Assembly: GCA_013334735.1 (NCBI GenBank)
Contig: JAAXXA010000002.1
Location: 1 to 35,543, forward strand
From: Bacteroidota bacterium
GTDB lineage: Bacteria > Bacteroidota > Bacteroidia > Bacteroidales > CG2-30-32-10
Length of the DNA: 35,543 bases
Direction of reading: 5' to 3'
The translations under genes were made by a program, and so were the position numbers. How positions within the stretch are numbered: position 1 is the stretch's first letter; each line of letters begins with the position of its first letter. Positions 14,060 through 23,528 of the stretch are shown here, piece after piece. Below the pieces are notes generated by a model. It saw nothing but the letters and a program-made list of their open reading frames with translations, made no database searches and was not told the origin of the DNA.

Positions 14060-15009
14060 TTATAAAAGGAATTGCAATATTTAACTATTACAGCAATTTT
14101 AATGTTGGCGATAAAATTTTTAATCCTGATAGTTATTTAATAGGAGAAAATCTTGGCTATCCTATTATTTGTTTAAAAAATATATTGAATAAAAAAGGAA
14201 TTGAAATACATACTGCTGACTATTTTAACAGGTTTGAAGATATTGACGCAATGATTTATCTGGATCATTTAACTGGATTTGAAAATAGTTTAAAAAGCAT
14301 TAGAAAGGATTATCCTCACATAAAACACTATTTATTAATTATGGAAAATGAGATAATCAAACCAGATAATTATGACAAAAATAACCACAATTTGTATGAC
14401 AAATGTTTCACGTGGAACGATTATTTTGTTGACGGAGAAAGAATTATAAAGTATTGCATAGGTAATAAACTGCAAAATATTATGTTAAGTACGTTTGAAG
14501 AAAAAGAGAAACTCGCTTGTATGATTTGCGGTAATAAAATGGTGAATCATCCTAAAGAACTCTATAGCGAACGGCTTAAAGCTATAGAATTTTTTGAGAA
14601 TAATTATCCAGAAGATTTTGATTTATATGGGTTTGGATGGGATAAGGATAAACATAAATGCTATAAAGGAATGGTCAAGACTAAAACAGATATATACTCA
14701 AAATATAAGTTTGCTTTTTGTTATGAGAACGCTAAAGAAATAGAAGGATATGTTACTGAAAAAATATGGGATGTTCTTATGAGCGGAACTATACCTATTT
14801 ACTATAAAACAAAAGAACTACCAGATTCAATTTATGTTGATATCTGCAAGTTTGATAATTATCAAGAACTGTATAACTATATGAAAAATATGACCAAGAA
14901 TGATTATGAGTTATTCATTAACAATATAAAAGACTATTTAAACAGTGAGGAAGTAAAACGATATTCAGGGGAATATTTTGCCAAAACTATAATAGATAAT
15001 ATCATTTAA
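14056..15009 (+). CDS. GT10-family (alpha-1,3/4-fucosyltransferase-like) glycosyltransferase
   Basis: YKFAFCYENAKEIEGYVTEKIWDVLMSGTIPIYY matches the GT10 signature as I recall it from Helicobacter FucT (FNLCFENTQGYGYVTEKIIDAYFSHTIPIYWG). Confidence 0.75.
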   Translation: MIIKGIAIFNYYSNFNVGDKIFNPDSYLIGENLGYPIICLKNILNKKGIEIHTADYFNRFEDIDAMIYLDHLTGFENSLKSIRKDYPHIKHYLLIMENEIIKPDNYDKNNHNLYDKCFTWNDYFVDGERIIKYCIGNKLQNIMLSTFEEKEKLACMICGNKMVNHPKELYSERLKAIEFFENNYPEDFDLYGFGWDKDKHKCYKGMVKTKTDIYSKYKFAFCYENAKEIEGYVTEKIWDVLMSGTIPIYYKTKELPDSIYVDICKFDNYQELYNYMKNMTKNDYELFINNIKDYLNSEEVKRYSGEYFAKTIIDNII

Positions 15010-15021
15010 AAGAGGTGGACT

Positions 15022-16167
15022 ATGGGATATAATACATTAGCTACTTATATCAGAGATGTAAGATCTCGTATTGACGATGATCCCATAGGTGGTGTTCAGC
15101 CATATTTTTCTGACGCTCAATTGACAATATTTATAAATAACGCTCGGCGTAAAATATCGATAGACTTAAGGGCTTATCTTTCTCAGATGTATGTAATACC
15201 AACTGAAAATATAGACGAATACTCACTTCCAAAAGACTATTTACAATCAAGCATAATAGTGGATGTAAAGAACCAAAGGAACATACCGCCTATCAATCAG
15301 GCCAACGCTGAGACAACTAAAATGATGTATGATACAATGATTAGCTATGGTAACTTTGCTTTTATCAATAATACTCGGAAAAAACTTACTTTTAATATTC
15401 CTATCAATTCTAATTTTGTAGAACCTACTTATAACGTTCAAGCGTTTTCCAGAACTGCCAGCGCAGGAATTATAAATGTAAACGCTGTGTCTAGTGGAAC
15501 GTTTGCAAACATATCTCAATGGGATAAAGTAAAAGGATATTGTTTAGTAACTCAAGCATCCAGTGGGGAAACGGAATATATCAGATACTCAAGAATAATA
15601 CCGGATACTACCGCCAACACATATTCCATTTATGTAAGCGCATTTGATTTAACTAAGAAATATAAAGACAACATTGCGGTTTATGGTACTATTGCTATAT
15701 CCAGTACAAACACAACTATTTATGGTACTAACACTAAATTTACTACGGATTTGACTGCGGCTGATTTAGTTACCGTCGGGGCTGATGTAAGGCAAATTTC
15801 ATCGATTGCCTCAGACACTGTCGCTGTGGTCAACTCCGCTTTTACCTTAACTGTTACAGGGAACACTATGTATGTGGATAATAAAAATACTTACGCTGGA
15901 AATAATGATACTGTTCAGTTTGTTTCTTATGTGATGAACTACTATGGAATGGCTAAGGACCTCCAGTATTTTAGTGAGGAATGTGGATTTGATTATCAGA
16001 TACAACAGTTAGTGCCAACTCTTGCTTCGTCTGAGGCTTTCTTAAGACAATCAAGAAAACAAGAAGCAATGTCAGAATTGCAGGAGTATAACGCTGAGTC
16101 ACAGAAAATATTTACTAAGTTGAATCAGGCGATGGCAGACGCTCATAATAGGAGTCAGGTGTACTAG
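15022..16167 (+). CDS. Virion structural protein, possibly a head-tail adaptor with an inserted Ser/Thr-rich domain
   Basis: The N-terminus (YIRDVRSRIDDD...FSDAQLTIFINNARRKI) resembles gp6-like connector N-termini. The position is right, but the assignment is weak. Confidence 0.4.
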   Translation: MGYNTLATYIRDVRSRIDDDPIGGVQPYFSDAQLTIFINNARRKISIDLRAYLSQMYVIPTENIDEYSLPKDYLQSSIIVDVKNQRNIPPINQANAETTKMMYDTMISYGNFAFINNTRKKLTFNIPINSNFVEPTYNVQAFSRTASAGIINVNAVSSGTFANISQWDKVKGYCLVTQASSGETEYIRYSRIIPDTTANTYSIYVSAFDLTKKYKDNIAVYGTIAISSTNTTIYGTNTKFTTDLTAADLVTVGADVRQISSIASDTVAVVNSAFTLTVTGNTMYVDNKNTYAGNNDTVQFVSYVMNYYGMAKDLQYFSEECGFDYQIQQLVPTLASSEAFLRQSRKQEAMSELQEYNAESQKIFTKLNQAMADAHNRSQVY

Positions 16168-16168
16168 T

Positions 16169-19100
16169 ATGGAGAATAGAAAGCAAAATCTAACTGATAT
16201 CAATGGAATGGACCTCAGGGACTTTAATCTGGATCAGCAGCATGTTAAAGAGATAATCAATCTTGTCAAAGAAAAGAATGGCTGGAAAATGCGTGATCCA
16301 TCTAAAGAAGTGCTGGATAGTATACAATCATATAATAGTGTTAACGCTTTGATTTTACCTTCTAATGATAGATGTCTGCTTCATATGGATAATAATTTGC
16401 TTATGTATTCTATTACAGGCGATACGCTTGGTACATTAATGGAAAAGTGGAATTTTGATTATTCGTTTAAAATCTATAAGACAAACTATCCTCTAGTATA
16501 TTTTCAGATAGATACCACTAATCACAAAACTTATGTGCTTGAATTTACTGACCGTGTCATGACTGCTATTAATGATGTAGGTAACTTAGATGTTTCTACA
16601 GAGCTAATACTCAACGAGTTTGATGTGAATAGTGGAGACTACACCTGGGGTGGGATAGCACGTCATGACACGTATACTAGTAATAATTGTACTTATATAA
16701 ATGGAGTAGATACCTATACTATCAATTATGATACAGTTAATCAAGGGCAGGCTGGCGAATGGAATACAATGTCTTTGATTCTGCAAAAACATGAGCCAAC
16801 ACGGTCTCAAAGATATATTTTGATAACAGGATATGGAGCTGATACTTATGCCTATATTTTTGGATGGAATGAATATACTCCGCATAAATGGACAACAAAA
16901 GTAAAATCTTCTTCAAACAATGTGTTTAAAATAGATGGAACTGGAGCTTTTAATACTAAAGCAAGATTTATGGATGTGCTGGATAATACGGCTATATCAA
17001 GTCTTGTGACATGGACAAATAAATTAAGTGTTGAAATAAAAGCTAATTATATAGGTTATGTTTCTTCTCAAGGGTTAATTTATTATAGTCTTTATAATGG
17101 GGGTACTTCAAATTTATATTCTTATAATATTTTAACTAAAGATATAACGTTATTATACGATTCTGCCGCATTTGAAATATCATCTATAGTTTATGTAAGC
17201 GATACAGAAATTTGGATAGGATATTATAGAGGTGGTACAGGTACAGTAGGGGATCATTCTTTAGTTGGCGGAGGCGGGTCATCCTATGTTTTTGTTTTGG
17301 ATGTGATTGGTGACGATGTTTATTTTTGTGGTTCAAGTACGGTTGTAAAATATAATAAAATAACAAAAGCGTCAACTGATTTAGTTTTTCCTGGGGGCGG
17401 GATTGCCGCTTTAACAGATAGACCGGGGAGTCATTTCCATTATGTTGACTCTGCTCATATTTATGCCACAGGAACAACAAATGCGCTTTATATGTATAAT
17501 GGATTAACTTGGTCGGCCATAGGAACGCTTGCTTTTCATGCTAAAGATTTAGTTTATGTTAGCCCAAGTGAAATATATGTTTCGGCTAATAATCAAGTAT
17601 ATTTATGGAATGGCTCAACATGGGCGACTGTAGGAACATTAACTGTAACAAATCTTGTAAAAATAAAATATTTTGCTTCAAATAATATACAAGCAACTTC
17701 TGATAATGAAGGAATATATAGTTGGAATGGGACTTCATGGAATCTTATAGCCCCTTCAAAAGATGGAGCATTGTTTTATTATGATAGTAATTATGGAAAT
17801 AAATGGTATACAACTTTAAATGACAATGGAAGCGGGACAACAATTACAGGAACAAATATATTAGAATTAGATTTTAATATAAATTCCTCCGCAGTTAATT
17901 TTAATGTCTATATCCCTAACGATAATGATGTCGCCAAACTTACTTATAATGGTTCTACTCTGGCGTATACTCCAAATGTAATAGTCAATATAGGGACATC
18001 TTGCAATGCTATAAAGTCAATAGATGGCGTGATAGGATTGGATACTTATAAGTATTTAGTTACTTCTGTTGATACTAATGTCAAGGCATATCTTGTGTCT
18101 ACTACAAATGTCGCTAAAGAGACAGGAACCGCTTCTACATTTTTATTAGGCTCGGGTTCTCTTGCGGTTGATCCATTTACCTACACATTTTTAAACGGAA
18201 TGCATTTAATGCAGAATAGATATTACGAATTACAAAATAGTAATCAGGTTGGATATTCTCTTATTACCGCTTATACTGAAAGCAATCAAACTAAATTAGA
18301 TGTTGTGGATTTAGTTGTCGGAGGGTCAACAAACACACTTACAATGTTACGGCAATCTGTTGGCGGAACTATATCTAACACAAACCCTTATTATCTTGGG
18401 GCGTCTTATCAGTATAAACTTTTTGGCACTGGAATAGCATCTGTATTTAATGGCGGTGATAAGCACAACTTTTATCTTGCTTATGATCGCCGTATGTTTC
18501 AATATCCCATCACAGGGAATAAAATGACAGACAATGATGTAAATAGTATCAAAGCTTTTTATAACGCTGAAATATCAGGATATTGTGATACTGACGGAAT
18601 AATAATGGATGGGGTTGTCAGCTATCCAAAAGGTTATGTTACGACTGAAATTAATCTATCAAAGCCTCTTCCTTTACGCCCATTTTTTCTACCTGATTCA
18701 GGAGACAGTTTAACTAACGCAGCAGTAATAACTGTCTATGGAGACGCCGCTGGCACATTTTCAAATGTCAATTCTGTTGTGATTGATACTAGAACTGTAT
18801 CTCAATGTCAAGTATATATCAAAGGAGCTTCCACTTCTAATACGGATAACTGGAGATTGTACTGGAAAATTAACTCTGCCGGAACAAGTAGAAATGTTTA
18901 TTTTTATAATTCATCTGCCAAAACTGCGGCAACGCAAGTATTATCTTCTACATTTACTCTAGCAGCAAATGCAAGCGCAATGATAGTATTGACTAATAAC
19001 AATAACTCTGGATTTAATACTAGTGGTCAATTATGTTGCTGTAAAATATATATAAATTCGACTTATTCAGATGTTGTCAGCAATAATCAATATATTGTTG

Positions 19101-20794
19101 TTGGAAATGATACTTCTGAATTATTCAACATGTATGAAATGAACGACGGAAAGAATATATTTAGAACGCCTATATCTGTAGGAAATGGAACTACATTTAA
19201 AACTGATAGCGATGATAGGAGCAATACTTTTAAATACTGGATGTTTTATTTACTTGGTTCAGGACTTTATGATGATACACTTCCTTATATTAATATAGCT
19301 AAAGGAACCAAGGATTTAACAAATAATACTTATAATCTCGCTTTCTGGAAACAGGACTCAGATTTTAAAGCGGATGTTTGGAATAACTTAGTAGGAAGCG
19401 AACAGTTTCCAAATAGATTTTATAATCTTCAGGTAAATAATTATAAAGTTGGTACTCCTGCGGCAAATATTTATGTTACAAATGATAAAATATTTTATCG
19501 GTATGGATATAGTACAAGAGATAGATTTAACTCTACCGCTTTCTGGCAGCAGAATAAAAGCGTGTTATTTGAGGCCCAAGATATCAGTTTTGCTTCTTCT
19601 CAATTGCTCTTTATGCTGAACTATGACAAAAAGCTTGTAAACTGGGGCATTGGATATAAATACGCCAATTTGCTGAATGTGAGACAGTTGAATAGCAATC
19701 CTGTAGCAATCAGAGAATTGAATAAGAATATTGGCTTTATAGCGTGTGAAAACGATATCTATTGGATTAATGGAGTAGATGAAAATAATATTTCAATATC
19801 ATTAATTGCCAATAATGTCGGTTTAGAAAAAGATAATTTTAAAGCAATCGCAAGTAATGGCAATCAGGTTTTCTTTTATAACAGAAAAGGGGTGTGGGTG
19901 GCGGATAGTTCAAATCAATATAACGGCACATTAACTCCTACCAATGGAGTATTATCAAACGTATTTAATCTGACTGACCCGATAAAAGACTATATCTATA
20001 TGCGTGATTCCGGTAATGTGCTCATCTTTGATATGGTTAATGGATTTTTATACCTTCCTCTTGACCCTTCCAGAATACCTCCATTAAAATCGGTAATGCA
20101 ATTAAATGATTATGGAGTTAATTCTACATTTATAGTCAACAATGTTATCGCCGGTAGCTCTGACTCTGGAGTAAACTTTAGTAATTATTGGGCTGTATTG
20201 GATTATAAAAATCTTTCTTATCGAATGGACGCTTTCAGCGATGATCTGGATGGTACAGACTACAATAATTTTGCTGGATATTTCAAAGATCATCCAGTTA
20301 TCAGGAATGGTACTAAGCTTATCATACCGGAATATAATCAGGAAGTTGGAACTGAAAATCCACTTTGTAGAATCATATCAAAAAGAATATCGTTTGGTAG
20401 TTTACATTCTCAAAAGAAACTCAATTCTTTTATGTCAGCGTTTATTAACAATATCAATTTTGAACTTCAATATTTTGGTATAGATCATTATAAAGTCACT
20501 TTTGTTTTAGATAATAAATACACTCTTGAATATAAATATGGAGACTATAGAAATGCTTCTACTTCTTACTCTGATGTAAACTCAGCGTATTATAGCATAC
20601 CAACAAATACAGATGACGGATGGCATTTACAGTACATTCCTGCTGGAATAGATTTCAATGAAATGGTTGTTTATATAGAGTTTGCAAGGCTAAAAGATAT
20701 TAACGCTCCGACAACTGCGATAAGTCAGGTATCAATATCTGAGTTTGGTTTTAATGTGATAAACAAAGATGTAAAAAAGAAAGGAATACAATAG
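16169..20794 (+). CDS. Large tail protein (1541 aa) with beta-propeller-like repeats; nozzle or receptor-binding candidate
   Basis: Uninterrupted ORF with an AGGTG RBS. It carries repeats YMYNGLTWSAIGT / YLWNGSTWATVGT / YSWNGTSWNLIAP. Confidence 0.7.
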   Translation: MENRKQNLTDINGMDLRDFNLDQQHVKEIINLVKEKNGWKMRDPSKEVLDSIQSYNSVNALILPSNDRCLLHMDNNLLMYSITGDTLGTLMEKWNFDYSFKIYKTNYPLVYFQIDTTNHKTYVLEFTDRVMTAINDVGNLDVSTELILNEFDVNSGDYTWGGIARHDTYTSNNCTYINGVDTYTINYDTVNQGQAGEWNTMSLILQKHEPTRSQRYILITGYGADTYAYIFGWNEYTPHKWTTKVKSSSNNVFKIDGTGAFNTKARFMDVLDNTAISSLVTWTNKLSVEIKANYIGYVSSQGLIYYSLYNGGTSNLYSYNILTKDITLLYDSAAFEISSIVYVSDTEIWIGYYRGGTGTVGDHSLVGGGGSSYVFVLDVIGDDVYFCGSSTVVKYNKITKASTDLVFPGGGIAALTDRPGSHFHYVDSAHIYATGTTNALYMYNGLTWSAIGTLAFHAKDLVYVSPSEIYVSANNQVYLWNGSTWATVGTLTVTNLVKIKYFASNNIQATSDNEGIYSWNGTSWNLIAPSKDGALFYYDSNYGNKWYTTLNDNGSGTTITGTNILELDFNINSSAVNFNVYIPNDNDVAKLTYNGSTLAYTPNVIVNIGTSCNAIKSIDGVIGLDTYKYLVTSVDTNVKAYLVSTTNVAKETGTASTFLLGSGSLAVDPFTYTFLNGMHLMQNRYYELQNSNQVGYSLITAYTESNQTKLDVVDLVVGGSTNTLTMLRQSVGGTISNTNPYYLGASYQYKLFGTGIASVFNGGDKHNFYLAYDRRMFQYPITGNKMTDNDVNSIKAFYNAEISGYCDTDGIIMDGVVSYPKGYVTTEINLSKPLPLRPFFLPDSGDSLTNAAVITVYGDAAGTFSNVNSVVIDTRTVSQCQVYIKGASTSNTDNWRLYWKINSAGTSRNVYFYNSSAKTAATQVLSSTFTLAANASAMIVLTNNNNSGFNTSGQLCCCKIYINSTYSDVVSNNQYIVVGNDTSELFNMYEMNDGKNIFRTPISVGNGTTFKTDSDDRSNTFKYWMFYLLGSGLYDDTLPYINIAKGTKDLTNNTYNLAFWKQDSDFKADVWNNLVGSEQFPNRFYNLQVNNYKVGTPAANIYVTNDKIFYRYGYSTRDRFNSTAFWQQNKSVLFEAQDISFASSQLLFMLNYDKKLVNWGIGYKYANLLNVRQLNSNPVAIRELNKNIGFIACENDIYWINGVDENNISISLIANNVGLEKDNFKAIASNGNQVFFYNRKGVWVADSSNQYNGTLTPTNGVLSNVFNLTDPIKDYIYMRDSGNVLIFDMVNGFLYLPLDPSRIPPLKSVMQLNDYGVNSTFIVNNVIAGSSDSGVNFSNYWAVLDYKNLSYRMDAFSDDLDGTDYNNFAGYFKDHPVIRNGTKLIIPEYNQEVGTENPLCRIISKRISFGSLHSQKKLNSFMSAFINNINFELQYFGIDHYKVTFVLDNKYTLEYKYGDYRNASTSYSDVNSAYYSIPTNTDDGWHLQYIPAGIDFNEMVVYIEFARLKDINAPTTAISQVSISEFGFNVINKDVKKKGIQ

Positions 20795-20803
20795 GAGAAA
20801 TTT

Positions 20804-21409
20804 ATGGCTACAAATCCATATACTTTAACGCCAATATCTAATGTAAATCCATACGCTGAGATTACAACTTATGATCCTAATGCTATACAAAATATTGAGG
20901 CTGGATATGGAACTGTGCAGGGAAATATTAATGCTATAAATCAGTATAAAGCAAATCAATCTCAATTGTCTTCTGAAAAAATGGTTGCTGCTCAACGACA
21001 ATTATTTAGTTTAAACCAACAATTATCAAATATGATTGCTGCAAAAAAAGAAGCTGAAAAAAGAGCAGATGATTATTATTATAATGTTATTAAACCAAAA
21101 CAATGGATGATGAGTAAGGAATCTATTGATATTGAAATGGGATCTTATACTGGACCAATACAAATATATCAACAAAGCATTAATGATATAAATAATCAGA
21201 TAAGTAACTTAAAAAACGATATTAATGAAACAATTCCAAATTCAATAAATGTAATAAATTCATCTGTTGATACTGACTTATCTCAACAAAATGAAACTCA
21301 AAATATGATAAAAGTAAACAGAGAAAACTATATGCAAGCATTAAGAAACAGTTTAAAAAAACAATCAGTATATGGTCAAGCAAATCCATATTTGAAAGGA
21401 TTAAACTAA
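20804..21409 (+). CDS. Q/N-rich virion protein (201 aa), possible internal or ejection protein
   Basis: TAGGAG RBS, coiled-coil-like Q/N-rich sequence, and a position like T7 gp13/14. Confidence 0.5.
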   Translation: MATNPYTLTPISNVNPYAEITTYDPNAIQNIEAGYGTVQGNINAINQYKANQSQLSSEKMVAAQRQLFSLNQQLSNMIAAKKEAEKRADDYYYNVIKPKQWMMSKESIDIEMGSYTGPIQIYQQSINDINNQISNLKNDINETIPNSINVINSSVDTDLSQQNETQNMIKVNRENYMQALRNSLKKQSVYGQANPYLKGLN

Positions 21410-21419
21410 GGAGAATTTT

Positions 21420-22103
21420 ATGGCAGATTTAGGAACAGTTTTATTCGGGGATCAAGGTAAAAAAGATAAACTGCAAAATCAGATAAATGCTTTGCAGACT
21501 CAAATAAATAATACTATTGATAGTACGTTGCGTCAAAACTTGCTTGGTCAATTAGCTGCATTGAAAGGCCAGCTAGCTACTTATATGAATCAACAGGGAG
21601 CGACAGACGCAAGTGGTAGATTATATCGGCCTAATGAAGTACAAAATGATTATCTCAATAAAGACTATCTTGCTATGAGAACCCAACAAGCTGGTGACAC
21701 CGCTCAGCTAGGATTGGCTCAGGCAATCAAGCAAGGTAAGCAAATGCAGTTACAGGGAATGAGCAATTATAACCCTGCCGCTGTAGCAAGTCAGATAGAA
21801 AATACCGCAAGGACAAATCAGAACTCACTAGCTAATGATGTCTACAATGAACAAAATATGGCGTATGGTAAAGCTAATGAGGATTTATCCAGAAGAACTG
21901 CTTATGCTCAAACACTTAGTCAGAATGACAGACAGAATATATTAGATCAATTTAATTCTCAGATAGCAATGCTTGGTATCAGTTCTCAGCAACAAGCTAA
22001 TTTGCAGAATCAATTGAACAGTATGCCGGATGGGTTACTGGTTGACTTAGCTAAAGTTGGTGTAAAAGCAGGTGTAGATTGGCTACTTGGAAAAATAAAA
22101 TAG
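21420..22103 (+). CDS. Q/N-rich virion protein (227 aa), possible internal or ejection protein
   Basis: AAGGAG RBS, with the same composition and context. Confidence 0.5.
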   Translation: MADLGTVLFGDQGKKDKLQNQINALQTQINNTIDSTLRQNLLGQLAALKGQLATYMNQQGATDASGRLYRPNEVQNDYLNKDYLAMRTQQAGDTAQLGLAQAIKQGKQMQLQGMSNYNPAAVASQIENTARTNQNSLANDVYNEQNMAYGKANEDLSRRTAYAQTLSQNDRQNILDQFNSQIAMLGISSQQQANLQNQLNSMPDGLLVDLAKVGVKAGVDWLLGKIK

Positions 22104-22112
22104 GAGAGTTAT

Positions 22113-23516
22113 ATGGCTGATGTAAATGCGTTAAAACCAAAAATAAAAAATATATTATCTTCATATCCAGAAGTTAAGCAATTAAGTAAAACTGAAATTG
22201 ACGGTCTTGTAACAAAAGTTACAAGAGACATAAGTGATAACGTATCAAGAAAAGATTATGATATAACTGATCTTGACGGAAATGTTAGAAGTTCTTATAT
22301 AAATGGGTATAGGCAATTATATTTTGCTAAAGCAAATAAAGGAGCTGAAATTATTCCAGTTTTAGCACAATCAGATTTACAAAATGAAATACAAAATAAA
22401 ATATCAGGAATCAATATTGATAGAAATAAATATGATTATGTATTAGTAAATTCTAAAGATTCAGATAAATTGCCTCCTAACGCTTTTCCAATTATAAAAG
22501 ATGTTTATAATATTAATAATGGAACATTAAGAACAGCTTTAAGCCCTTTTATAAAAGACGCAAATAAAACCGCAGATTATTATGCTATTCCTAAAACCGA
22601 TCAATCTGGATCAAAACCTACAATTGGAACTGGAGAAGATAAAATAAAAACTTCTCCAGAAACACTTACATTTGGTCAAACATACGCATTGCCACCGGAG
22701 TATGTCAATCTCTATGCTCAGATGGCTAAAGGGCAGAAAGGGAATAATCAGTTTAAAAGACAAGTTATAGCAGGAACTTCTACTGGGAAACCAAGTGATT
22801 CTGAAAGTGCTGGCAATAGCGCAGGGAATTTTCTTGGAGCTATAGCGCAGGGAGCCAGTGAAAGCTTAGCAGATAACTTACAGAAATGGTCATCCAGTGA
22901 AACGGGTAAAGCTGATTTCTGGAATAGAATAGTACCTGCTTTAGAAGCAGCTTCTGGTAGAAAAATAACAGCCTACTCTCCTGAACAGCAAGCGCAGATG
23001 CAGCAAAAATACGCAAAATTGCAGGCACAGAAAGAAAAACTGGGCGAATCAATGGATGATTCGGATTTACAAAATATAGTTAGTTCTACTCAAAACTTAG
23101 GCAGCGCACAAGAAGGGAGTGCCATGCAGGATATAGCTAAAAAAAGATTAGAACAACAAAATTTGCAGCAACAAAATTACGCTAATATTCAAAAGCAAAT
23201 ACAGCAATTGCAGGATCAGGCTCAATATAATAATATTGACAATAGAGGTATAGAAGTTGGAAATCCAAATGTATTTCAAGCACAATCAAATATAGATAGT
23301 AGGCAAGCGTTTCTTGATAAACTGGCAAATGATTTAGAATCAAAAATGTATTTAGCTCAATTCAATGAAGGATTAAAAGAAAAGCTTTTAAATTTGCAAA
23401 ACAGATTAATAATGGAAAGACAGAATGGCGGCAATGGAATTGGTATAGCTCAAGAATTTTACAATACATTTGGCGATCAAACTAAGCCTGTACAACCACA
23501 ACCCGTAACAAAATAA
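22113..23516 (+). CDS. Q-rich virion protein (467 aa), possible internal or ejection protein
   Basis: TAGGAG RBS. The C-terminal half is dominated by Q-rich heptad-like repeats. Confidence 0.5.
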   Translation: MADVNALKPKIKNILSSYPEVKQLSKTEIDGLVTKVTRDISDNVSRKDYDITDLDGNVRSSYINGYRQLYFAKANKGAEIIPVLAQSDLQNEIQNKISGINIDRNKYDYVLVNSKDSDKLPPNAFPIIKDVYNINNGTLRTALSPFIKDANKTADYYAIPKTDQSGSKPTIGTGEDKIKTSPETLTFGQTYALPPEYVNLYAQMAKGQKGNNQFKRQVIAGTSTGKPSDSESAGNSAGNFLGAIAQGASESLADNLQKWSSSETGKADFWNRIVPALEAASGRKITAYSPEQQAQMQQKYAKLQAQKEKLGESMDDSDLQNIVSSTQNLGSAQEGSAMQDIAKKRLEQQNLQQQNYANIQKQIQQLQDQAQYNNIDNRGIEVGNPNVFQAQSNIDSRQAFLDKLANDLESKMYLAQFNEGLKEKLLNLQNRLIMERQNGGNGIGIAQEFYNTFGDQTKPVQPQPVTK

Positions 23517-23528
23517 GAGGGATTATAA

